Source of the DNA: a virus
Lineage: Duplodnaviria; Heunggongvirae; Uroviricota; Caudoviricetes
IMG/VR virus record: IMGVR_UViG_3300020045_006153
Location: 115,550 to 179,549 of that record
Strand: one strand, 5' to 3'
Length of the DNA stretch: 64,000 nt
The notes under the pieces were generated by a model. The model made no database searches. It saw only the letters and a list, made by a program, of their open reading frames with translations, and was not told the origin of the DNA. The position numbers and the translations under genes are program-made. Numbering within the stretch: position 1 is the first letter of the stretch; the number at the start of each line of letters is the position of its first letter. Positions 1 to 6,300 of this stretch are shown in pieces.

Positions 1-177
1 TAGACTTTTGCTACCCATTACTAACCATTCATTAAGTAATGTCTCAGCAGCAGATACAATTTCATCTGCGTTAAAATGTGGACCTGCATAGTTTACAAAA
101 TCTTTACCAGCAGTCCAGGACTTTGCTGCATGTTTTTGTTCTATGTAAGTACGGATTTGATTTAAAATTTCTTGCAT
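1..177 (-). CDS. RfbH/DegT-family sugar dehydrase-aminotransferase, N-terminal part (runs off window)
   Basis: Manual translation MQEILNQIRTYIEQKHAAKSWTAGKDFVNYAGPHFNADEIVSAAETLLNEWLVMG resembles RfbH N-terminus; adjacent to glycosyltransferases. Confidence 0.7.
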   Translation of the reverse strand, partial: MQEILNQIRTYIEQKHAAKSWTAGKDFVNYAGPHFNADEIVSAAETLLNEWLVMGSKSL

Positions 178-180
178 GTT

Positions 181-831
181 TTATTTTACTATCTGCGTTG
201 TGTAATATCTAGCCAATTGGATACGTTGTTCTAGACTAAGTCCGGGCCAATGAATAAGCCAATCTCCTATATGCCATGTACCGTCATTTCCGTAAAGATC
301 AGTTGAAGGTTGATTAGTATAGATAGCAGTATTGTATGCATTAAGATGACGTTGCGGCACTACTTTTACATTATCTTTAAAATCAGTTGCAATTAAATCA
401 ATCATCGATTGTTGTTCAAACCAATGATGACTTTTATATATTGGTTCTGATTCCCAGATTCGATTTATCCATTCTTTTCCTTTCGCACTGTTCTTTAATA
501 AAAAACTATCGCTATTAATACCATTACAATCGGATGCAATGATTACATCGAAGTTGTTATCAATTTTATCTTCTACTTTAGTTGTGAAATTTGTAATTAA
601 TGTGTCACAGCCCGTCCACCAGAACCAATCTACTTCGGGATTTAGTTCCATCATTTGCTTTAATAACCAAATCTTTTCAAATCCGATAGATATGTTTCCA
701 TGTAAGTCATCTGTCCTACAAAATGCTGTATAGTCGTGTAAGTCTGCATACACTTCTTTATTTTGAGTCCAAGTAATGTCACCGAGTGGTTGGTATTTTT
801 GATCATGCAGGCTAATTAGTGCTATATTCAT
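181..831 (-). CDS. Glycosyltransferase, GT34 (GMA12/MNN10)-like
   Basis: WFWWTGCDTLITN, DCNGINSDSFLLKN, EQQSM, DWLIHWPG motifs. Confidence 0.75.
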   Translation of the reverse strand: MNIALISLHDQKYQPLGDITWTQNKEVYADLHDYTAFCRTDDLHGNISIGFEKIWLLKQMMELNPEVDWFWWTGCDTLITNFTTKVEDKIDNNFDVIIASDCNGINSDSFLLKNSAKGKEWINRIWESEPIYKSHHWFEQQSMIDLIATDFKDNVKVVPQRHLNAYNTAIYTNQPSTDLYGNDGTWHIGDWLIHWPGLSLEQRIQLARYYTTQIVK

Positions 832-887
832 GACAATATTTATAGCCCTACTTAATGTAGGTAAATAAAATCAATACAAAGGTTAAC

Positions 888-1742
888 ATGAGAGTCTTCG
901 ACTGCTTCACATTTTACAACGAATTAGATATCGCAGAATTGCGAATACAAGAACTTTGGGACACAGTAGATTACTTTGTCATCGCCGAAGCAAATACAAC
1001 ACACCAAGGGAATCCGAAACCCTTCATTTTTAATGACAATTGGGAAAGATTTAAAAAATACGAAAGTAAGATTCGTCATATTATGATCGATGATATGCCA
1101 GTAAACTCAGATACATGGGTTCTGGAAAAGTTTCAACGTAAGAGTTTAGAAAGACGATTATTAGACTTGCAACCTGATGATATTGTAATTGTTAGTGACT
1201 GTGATGAAATTCCAAGGCCAGCAGCAATTGAAGCGATCAAAGAGGATGTAAACGACTATGATAGGTACATCCTTGCTATACCGTTAAATTACTATAGGTT
1301 TAACTTTATGATGATTAATCCCAATGTAAAGCAAAACAACATTGTTGTTACTCGTGGAAGAGCATTTACAAATCCTCAAGACGAACGTGCATTTACATTT
1401 AGTAGCAGCGGACTGCCTATGCATTTTGCAAACGAACATTTTTGTGTAATCGAGCATGGCGGGTGGCATTTTACATACTTTGGGCAGACTGATCATGCAA
1501 AGAACAAAATTAAAAACTTTGCACATGCTGAAACTAATGTACCTGAAATTATGGATAAGTTAGATGTTGACTACATGATTGCAAATAAAGTTGGATTGCT
1601 TGGTTTTGAATACCATGAAAGATTTGAATACATTAAAGTAGACGATTACTTTCCACAAACAATTTTAAATAATTTAGAAAAATACAAGGATATGATTGTC
1701 CCTAATGCAACTCACTTAGTTTACGATTTTTACCCGGAATAA
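888..1742 (+). CDS. Glycosyltransferase GT17 (beta-1,4-GlcNAc transferase)-like
   Basis: DCFTFYNELD, VDYFVIAE, SDCDEIP, GGWHFTY motifs. Confidence 0.85.
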   Translation: MRVFDCFTFYNELDIAELRIQELWDTVDYFVIAEANTTHQGNPKPFIFNDNWERFKKYESKIRHIMIDDMPVNSDTWVLEKFQRKSLERRLLDLQPDDIVIVSDCDEIPRPAAIEAIKEDVNDYDRYILAIPLNYYRFNFMMINPNVKQNNIVVTRGRAFTNPQDERAFTFSSSGLPMHFANEHFCVIEHGGWHFTYFGQTDHAKNKIKNFAHAETNVPEIMDKLDVDYMIANKVGLLGFEYHERFEYIKVDDYFPQTILNNLEKYKDMIVPNATHLVYDFYPE

Positions 1743-1744
1743 TT

Positions 1745-2317
1745 ATGCAACATTTTTATCAAGACATTTTTGGTTACTTTAGTTACGAATACATTTATCA
1801 CTACAAAGTGGCAGAAGCAGTAGACGGTGCAATATTTGTAGAGATCGGATCATTCAAAGGTAAGAGTTCATCCTTTATGGCAGTTGAGATTGCTAATAGT
1901 CAAAAGAAGATCGGATTTATTTGTATCGATCCCATGGAACTAATGAGCCACTATGTTAAAGATGCTTCTGCAAATCCGGCTTGGGAAGGATACAATGTAG
2001 AAAACTTTCGTAAAACAATGGAACCTGTAAAAGACTACTATATATTACTGCAAATGACAAGCGAAGCAGCCTCAACGCAGTTTAAGAATAATAGTATTGA
2101 CTTTATTATGATCGATGGAGACCACGAATATGAGGCAGTGAAGGCAGACATTCTTAACTTTTATCCAAAGATGAAAGACGGTGGTGAAATGTGGGGAGAT
2201 GATGCATGGGCTCCAACTATTTGGCAAGCAGCACAAGACGCAGCAAACGAACTAGGATTAGTAGCAGAACTCGTAAACAACAGTCATTTTAAAATTGTTG
2301 CCAAAAAACAACAATAA
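1745..2317 (+). CDS. Class I SAM-dependent methyltransferase (Methyltransf_24-like)
   Basis: VEIGSFKGKS, IDFIMIDGDHEYEAV motifs. Confidence 0.85.
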   Translation: MQHFYQDIFGYFSYEYIYHYKVAEAVDGAIFVEIGSFKGKSSSFMAVEIANSQKKIGFICIDPMELMSHYVKDASANPAWEGYNVENFRKTMEPVKDYYILLQMTSEAASTQFKNNSIDFIMIDGDHEYEAVKADILNFYPKMKDGGEMWGDDAWAPTIWQAAQDAANELGLVAELVNNSHFKIVAKKQQ

Positions 2318-2320
2318 TTG

Positions 2321-2534
2321 TTGACAAAGTATAAATAACTCTATACAATAAAGACTTGCTAGAGATTACTGCATACGCAAATTGATAAAACAAAATGCAA
2401 ACAGGGGTTGACAGCAGGGATAAATAAACGTATAATTTAAACTTGTTAGCAAATACTGTACGCTAAAAAGAATTTGTAAAAAGATTCAAAATAAGCAAAT
2501 AGTACTTGACAACAGAGATAAATAAACGTATAAT
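2321..2534 (+). promoter_or_regulatory. Three tandem sigma70 promoters each with embedded ATAAATA late-type box
   Basis: TTGACA-17-TACAAT (2321/2344), TTGACA-17-TATAAT (2408/2431; 2506/2529); ATAAATAA in each spacer. Confidence 0.85.
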
Positions 2535-2587
2535 TAAGACATACGCTGCATAGGGCAGTATATGTTAGTAGAAATTAAAAGAAACAA

Positions 2588-2743
2588 ATGACTAAAGTGA
2601 TATCATTATCGTTGAATTGTAAAGCAGAACTAGGCGGGTTTATGCCCTCTTATTGGTCTGCGAATACACAACAACATAATAGTGATCGCACACCGGTAGA
2701 GATTAGAATTAGGGTTCGAGAAGAAGGAGTAGGTCTAGGCTAA
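2588..2743 (+). CDS. Candidate 51-aa leader peptide (MTKVISLSLNCKAELGGFMPSYWSANTQQHNSDRTPVEIRIRVREEGVGLG)
   Basis: ATG..TAA between promoter cluster and terminator; weak SD; not in ORF track. Confidence 0.55.
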   Translation: MTKVISLSLNCKAELGGFMPSYWSANTQQHNSDRTPVEIRIRVREEGVGLG

Positions 2744-2772
2744 CAAGCCCAGTAACTACAACAAACTTTAAG

Positions 2773-2810
2773 AACCCTAGGATTAAAAACCCTGGGGTTT
2801 TTTGTTTTTA
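2773..2810 (+). terminator. Intrinsic terminator / attenuator hairpin
   Basis: AACCCTAGG-ATTAAAAAC-CCTGGGGTT followed by TTTTGTTTTT. Confidence 0.85.
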
Positions 2811-2973
2811 ACGCTGTGAAGCGTAAAGTGTTAGTGGCAGAGACTGTTAAGGCAGTTGTTGACGCAAACGTGTAATAAAGTACAGTAACGTAGACTGGAC
2901 CGGGCACGATAAACATCCGGTGAAAGGGCGGTGACGGGGATGGCTTATCTTCTTGTAGATAAAAAAATCCGTC

Positions 2974-3053
2974 ATATTAAAGCACACTGCATCGTTGTAA
3001 GTGACTCGGCGAAAGCTGATATCGACCGCGGGATGTTAGGTGTGCTTTAATAT
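2974..3053 (+). ncRNA. Long-stem cassette RNA 1
   Basis: 14-bp perfect IR ATATTAAAGCACAC / GTGTGCTTTAATAT enclosing structured interior. Confidence 0.5.
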
Positions 3054-3085
3054 ACACATTCGAAAGAGTGTGTTAAATTATATTT

Positions 3086-3169
3086 GGTTCTGTGGGTGAG
3101 TGGCTGAAACCGTCGGACTGTAAATCCGATCTTAATAGCGCGTTGGTTCGAATCCAACCGGAACCACCA
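3086..3169 (+). tRNA. tRNA-Tyr(GTA)
   Basis: Cloverleaf, loop CTGTAAA, TTCGAAT T-loop, ACCA. Confidence 0.92.
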
Positions 3170-3174
3170 AATAT

Positions 3175-3249
3175 ACTGCTGTCGTCTAGTGGCTAGGACA
3201 TCTGGTTTTCATCCAGAGAAAGACGGATCGAAACCGTTCAGCAGTACCA
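3175..3249 (+). tRNA. tRNA-Glu(TTC)
   Basis: Cloverleaf, loop TTTTCAT, T-loop ATCGAAA, ACCA. Confidence 0.88.
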
Positions 3250-3254
3250 GTTTT

Positions 3255-3314
3255 AGGATACATACAGCAAACTTAAAATTTTAATATGGTTTTAAAAGAC
3301 AAAAATGTATCCTG
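3255..3314 (+). ncRNA. CAGCAA-motif RNA copy 1
   Basis: AGGATAC-ATA-CAGCAA ... GTATCCTG with internal TTTTAA/TTAAAA hairpin. Confidence 0.7.
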
Positions 3315-3323
3315 TTATATTAT

Positions 3324-3409
3324 GGAGTATTATACCGTTAAGGAGACGGTCCGGCCTGTAAAGTCGGCGCATTATTGCTCTGTTGGATCGTTACCAACAT
3401 ACTCCACCA
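3324..3409 (+). tRNA. tRNA-Tyr(GTA)
   Basis: GGAGTAT/ATACTCC acceptor, loop CTGTAAA, long variable arm, ACCA. Confidence 0.88.
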
Positions 3410-3416
3410 AGTTTAT

Positions 3417-3494
3417 CTCTCATTAATGTCAATCTGGTAGACGGCCTGATCTGGAGTCAGGAGGCTGTACGTTCGAATCGTACATGGGAGACCA
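3417..3494 (+). tRNA. tRNA-Pro(TGG), C33 variant
   Basis: CCTGA-TCTGGAG-TCAGG anticodon arm, T-loop TTCGAAT, ACCA. Confidence 0.75.
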
Positions 3495-3503
3495 AGTTTT
3501 TAT

Positions 3504-3577
3504 GCATCGGTAGTTTAATGGCAGAACCGCGGTGTTACATACCGCTGATGGGAGTTCAATTCTCCAACGATGTACCA
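3504..3577 (+). tRNA. tRNA-Val(TAC)
   Basis: GCGGT-GTTACAT-ACCGC anticodon arm, ACCA. Confidence 0.8.
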
Positions 3578-3582
3578 GTTTT

Positions 3583-3638
3583 AGGATCAGTTCAGCAAAC
3601 TTAAAAATTCACTGTAAATGAAATCAAAGTTGATCCTG
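3583..3638 (+). ncRNA. CAGCAA-motif RNA copy 2 carrying Tyr-type anticodon stem-loop
   Basis: AGGATCA-GTT-CAGCAA ... TTCA-CTGTAAA-TGAA ... TGATCCTG. Confidence 0.75.
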
Positions 3639-3649
3639 TTATATTTTAA

Positions 3650-3723
3650 CTCCGTGTGGTGAAATGGTATCACTCTTGGTTTGGGACCAAGGAGCGTAGG
3701 TTCGATTCCTACTACGGAGACCA
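3650..3723 (+). tRNA. tRNA-Pro(TGG)
   Basis: Cloverleaf, loop TTTGGGA, ACCA. Confidence 0.92.
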
Positions 3724-3728
3724 CATTT

Positions 3729-3792
3729 AGGATGCTTCCAGCAAACTTCTAAAAAATCAAATTGAAACTTTGACACTAAGAAATGCATCCTG
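3729..3792 (+). ncRNA. CAGCAA-motif RNA copy 3 carrying Phe-type anticodon stem-loop
   Basis: AGGATGC-TTC-CAGCAA ... TCAAA-TTGAAAC-TTTGA ... GCATCCTG. Confidence 0.75.
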
Positions 3793-3803
3793 TTAGTTTT
3801 TAT

Positions 3804-3877
3804 TCGGGATTTGTGTAGTGGTAGCACAACAGACTTTGACTCTGTCGGTATAAGTTCGATTCTTATATCCCGTACCA
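3804..3877 (+). tRNA. tRNA-Gln(TTG)
   Basis: ACAGA-CTTTGAC-TCTGT, T-loop, ACCA. Confidence 0.88.
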
Positions 3878-3883
3878 ATATAT

Positions 3884-3958
3884 GCCATGGTAGGACTCTG
3901 GGAGTTTACCACACTGTCGATGTGATTTAGGCGGGTTCAATTCCCGTCCATGGCGCCA
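3884..3958 (+). tRNA. tRNA-Asp(GTC)
   Basis: GCCATGG/CCATGGC acceptor, loop CTGTCGA, GCCA. Confidence 0.82.
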
Positions 3959-4018
3959 AGTTTGAAGACGACAAGGTTACCTGCACCACAATGTCAAGCA
4001 GGACTTCAATTAGTTAAT

Positions 4019-4093
4019 GGGGGCAGCAGAGGGCTGCGGGTTTGCTTTGCAAGCATACTGACTAGAACGGTTCGATACCGTCGGCCTCCACCA
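4019..4093 (+). tRNA. tRNA-Ala(TGC)
   Basis: G3.U70, loop TTTGCAA, ACCA. Confidence 0.8.
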
Positions 4094-4099
4094 AAGTTA

Positions 4100-4157
4100 C
4101 GGGGCAACAAAGAGCAACTCTGTTAGAGTTCGTACAGCAAGTTAAAATGCCCCGCCA
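4100..4157 (+). ncRNA. Acceptor-minihelix RNA with permuted CAGCAA motif
   Basis: GGGGCA/TGCCCC-G-CCA enclosing AACTCTG-TT-AGAGTTC-GTA-CAGCAA. Confidence 0.65.
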
Positions 4158-4161
4158 ATAT

Positions 4162-4237
4162 GTCCCTGTCGTCTACCTGGTTAGGACGTCAGCCTTTCAA
4201 GTTGAAAAATCGGGTTCGAGACCCGATGGGGACGCCA
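4162..4237 (+). tRNA. tRNA-Glu(TTC)
   Basis: TCAGC-CTTTCAA-GTTGA, GCCA. Confidence 0.9.
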
Positions 4238-4243
4238 AGTTAT

Positions 4244-4338
4244 GGGGAAGATGCTCTAAGGTAGAGTAATATGCATTCTGCTTAGAATGTTTACTGCAAA
4301 AATCAAACTAATTGGTTCGATTCCAATCTTCTCCACCA
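4244..4338 (+). ncRNA. Anticodon-less tRNA-like RNA (Ala identity) with permuted motif in place of anticodon arm
   Basis: GGGGAAG/CTTCTCC (G3.U70, A73), D-arm, GCATTCTG-CTT-AGAATG-TTTA-CTGCAA, T-arm, CCA. Confidence 0.75.
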
Positions 4339-4343
4339 ATTAT

Positions 4344-4421
4344 GCGGGTATACAGTGCAAAGGGCGCACAGCAGATTTCCAATCTGAAGATCGCGGAGTT
4401 CGATTCTCCATACCCGCTCCA
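4344..4421 (+). tRNA. tRNA-Gly(TCC)
   Basis: GCGGGTA acceptor, loop TTTCCAA, TCCA. Confidence 0.88.
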
Positions 4422-4426
4422 ATTAT

Positions 4427-4490
4427 AGGATGCTTCCAGCAAACTTTATAAATTTCAAAACCATTATCTTTGAAAAGAAAAAGCATCCTG
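4427..4490 (+). ncRNA. CAGCAA-motif RNA copy 4
   Basis: AGGATGC-TTC-CAGCAA ... TTCAAA/TTTGAA hairpin ... GCATCCTG. Confidence 0.7.
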
Positions 4491-4499
4491 ATATTTTAT

Positions 4500-4577
4500 T
4501 CCGCAGAAGCCAAGTAAGGACAAGGCCGTGACTGTTAATCACTGTTTAAACTGGTTCGATTCCAGTGTGCGGAGCCA
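4500..4577 (+). tRNA. tRNA-Asn(GTT)
   Basis: GTGA-CTGTTAA-TCAC, GCCA. Confidence 0.85.
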
Positions 4578-4586
4578 AGTTAGTTA

Positions 4587-4662
4587 GGTCTCAAAGTGTT
4601 CATGGACGCACACGACACTGTCACTGTCGAAGAGTGGGGATCGTTACCCCCTGGGACCGCCA
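4587..4662 (+). tRNA. tRNA-Asp(GTC)
   Basis: CGACA-CTGTCAC-TGTCG, GCCA. Confidence 0.88.
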
Positions 4663-4669
4663 ATTTTAT

Positions 4670-4744
4670 GTCCCTTTAGTATAATGGATAATACACAACG
4701 CTACGAACGTTGGGATCCAGGTTCGATTCCTGGGAGGGGCTCCA
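4670..4744 (+). tRNA. tRNA-Arg(ACG)
   Basis: CAACG-CTACGAA-CGTTG, TCCA. Confidence 0.92.
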
Positions 4745-4748
4745 ACTT

Positions 4749-4822
4749 GCCTTTTTAGTTTAATGGTAGAGCACCGGTTTTGTATTCCGGGAATAGGGGT
4801 TCGATTCCTCTAAAAGGCACCA
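4749..4822 (+). tRNA. tRNA-Thr(TGT)
   Basis: GCCTTTT/AAAAGGC, loop TTTGTAT, ACCA. Confidence 0.88.
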
Positions 4823-4845
4823 TGTGTTAGTGAGACATCTTAGGT

Positions 4846-4918
4846 GTGGCCTTAGTGTAAAGGTTAAGCACCTCACTCTGTGAAAGTGATAGAATGGGAT
4901 CAATACCCATAGGTCACC
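4846..4918 (+). tRNA. tRNA-His(GTG), no encoded CCA, embedded in flanking stem
   Basis: TCACT-CTGTGAA-AGTGA; C73; flanked by ACATCTTAG/CTAAGATGT. Confidence 0.82.
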
Positions 4919-4934
4919 CCTAAGATGTTTATAT

Positions 4935-5008
4935 TCCCGGTTAATTAAATGGTATAATACTCGCCTGATAAGCGGAATTTACAAGTTCGATTCTTGTACT
5001 GGGAACCA
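4935..5008 (+). tRNA. tRNA-Ile(GAT)
   Basis: Loop CTGATAA, T-loop, ACCA. Confidence 0.85.
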
Positions 5009-5018
5009 TAAGTTTTAT

Positions 5019-5273
5019 TTCGTTATAGTGTAGAGGAAGGTAGAGTAGTATTGAGTAGGTGAGATAAGTCAGTTAGTAATTCAAAGTAGATAACAATCGC
5101 GTAGGCTTTAAAACCAAACACTGTGAGTCCGGGAAGTGCGGAACAGGTTGAAATGAATGAAGGGTGAGATAAGGCGCTGAGGGGATACGAGGGTAACTTT
5201 GGGAAACACACGGGGACCCAGCATACGCGATTTTAGCCCCGCATCGCAAGTTCGAGTCTTGCTGACGAAGCCA
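5019..5273 (+). ncRNA. 255-nt tRNA-like RNA (acceptor stem + T-arm + CCA, ~200-nt insert)
   Basis: TTCGTTA/TGACGAA-G-CCA; GCAAG-TTCGAGT-CTTGC; internal ATCGCGTA/TACGCGAT helix. Confidence 0.65.
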
Positions 5274-5279
5274 GTTTAT

Positions 5280-5373
5280 ATGTCTGTAGTTCAATGAGGT
5301 GCGCAAGTAATTCCTCGAAGTCAGAACGCCCTTGATCAGGGAGATGGAGGTTAGAGACCTTCTGGGCATGCCA
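5280..5373 (+). tRNA. Atypical tRNA with hairpin inserted in D-loop, 5-nt anticodon loop (TGATC)
   Basis: ATGTCTG/TGGGCAT-G-CCA; GTTC..GAAC D-stem enclosing GAGG..CCTC hairpin. Confidence 0.55.
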
Positions 5374-5378
5374 GTTTT

Positions 5379-5497
5379 AGGATGTTTACCGCAAACTTTA
5401 TCTTTATTCCAAACTAGTGGTCCGGTTCGATTCCGGCGTCCGATTCGGATGTGGTGTAATGGTAGCACACAAGTCCACAAGAGAAAACAGCATCCTG
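5379..5497 (+). ncRNA. Circularly permuted tRNA-Gly(TCC) bracketed by CAGCAA-type motif
   Basis: 3' half (nt33-73) 5407-5444 fused to 5' half (nt1-32) 5445-5475 inside AGGATG..CCGCAA / CATCCTG. Confidence 0.75.
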
Positions 5498-5506
5498 TTA
5501 TTTTAT

Positions 5507-5583
5507 GCCTTCGTACGCTAATTGGTAGTGCGGATAGTTTTAGAAACTGTTGGTTGGGGGTTCGAATCCGCCCGAAGGTACCA
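5507..5583 (+). tRNA. tRNA-Leu(TAG), short variable arm
   Basis: ATAGT-TTTAGAA-ACTGT, 5-nt variable loop, ACCA. Confidence 0.8.
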
Positions 5584-5590
5584 TAGTTAT

Positions 5591-5679
5591 TGGGGAGTGG
5601 TGAAATTGGTTAGCCACACTGGTCTTTGAAATCAGCGCCTGTAATGGGCATGTAGGTTCGACTCCTACCTCCTCAGCCA
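5591..5679 (+). tRNA. tRNA-Gln(TTG) with long variable arm
   Basis: U1-A72,G73; CTGGT-CTTTGAA-ATCAG; extra GCCT/GGGC arm. Confidence 0.8.
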
Positions 5680-5685
5680 AGTTAT

Positions 5686-5760
5686 ATCTTGTTAGTTTAA
5701 TGATTAGAACGCTAGCATTTTCGGCTAGTAATGCAGATTCGATCCTTGCACAAGATACCA
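5686..5760 (+). tRNA. Degenerate tRNA (anticodon TTT by position)
   Basis: CTAGC-ATTTTCG-GCTAG; imperfect T-arm; ACCA. Confidence 0.6.
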
Positions 5761-5865
5761 CAGAGTATAAGTAGTCCTAAGCAACCTGGACCCTGCTCAA
5801 ACGAACCAGCGTAACTGGGATGCGATACTTTCGCTTGAGAGGTTAGCCCTCACAGTAAGAATAAC

Positions 5866-5943
5866 GCCAGAGTAGCTCCAATTGCGTAGAGCAGCAGCCT
5901 GAAAAGTTGTGTGTTGTCGGTTCGAATCCGACCTTTGGTACCA
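5866..5943 (+). tRNA. tRNA-Phe(GAA)
   Basis: Loop CTGAAAA, ACCA. Confidence 0.9.
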
Positions 5944-5949
5944 TTTTAT

Positions 5950-6035
5950 GGATAGTTGTGCGCTGGCCGCAAGTTGGTTTGCTAAACCGATCCACTGCTA
6001 ACGCGGTGACAGTTCGATTCTGTATCTATCCTCCA
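5950..6035 (+). tRNA. tRNA-Ser(GCT)
   Basis: Loop TTGCTAA, long variable arm. Confidence 0.85.
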
Positions 6036-6042
6036 AGTTTAT

Positions 6043-6118
6043 GCACCTTTAGCTGATGTGGTCATAGTGGCGGTCTGAAGATCCGTTGAAGTTGGTTCGA
6101 TTCCAACAGGGTGCACCA
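6043..6118 (+). tRNA. tRNA-Phe(GAA)
   Basis: Loop CTGAAGA, ACCA. Confidence 0.85.
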
Positions 6119-6128
6119 AGTTAGTATT

Positions 6129-6202
6129 GCTCTTATCGTTAAATGGTAGGACACCTCTTTGGTAAGGAGGGAATAGAAGTTCGATTCTTCTTGAGAGCAC
6201 CA
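6129..6202 (+). tRNA. tRNA-Thr(GGT)
   Basis: CCTCT-TTGGTAA-GGAGG, ACCA. Confidence 0.9.
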
Positions 6203-6209
6203 AATTTAT

Positions 6210-6298
6210 GGGCTGGCGCCGTGGGACACGGCCGAAGTTGCAGTGATGTGACATGCGGAAAAGCGCTGAGAAGGTTCAACTCCTTTCCTAGTCCACCA
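6210..6298 (+). ncRNA. Aberrant tRNA-like RNA with Ala identity
   Basis: GGGCTGG/CTAGTCC (G3.U70) A73 CCA, T-loop TTCAACT, no canonical anticodon arm. Confidence 0.55.
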
Positions 6299-6300
6299 GA

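Noticed and set aside
3255-3314. Motif as theta/HDV-like ribozyme because it follows tRNA 3' ends
   Set aside because: No nested double pseudoknot (P1.1, P2, P3) could be drawn; still worth a cmscan
3255-4490. Repeated AGGAT..CAGCAA..ATCCTG units as CRISPR repeats
   Set aside because: Copies covary as RNA helices, are not identical, are separated by tRNAs, and no cas genes are present
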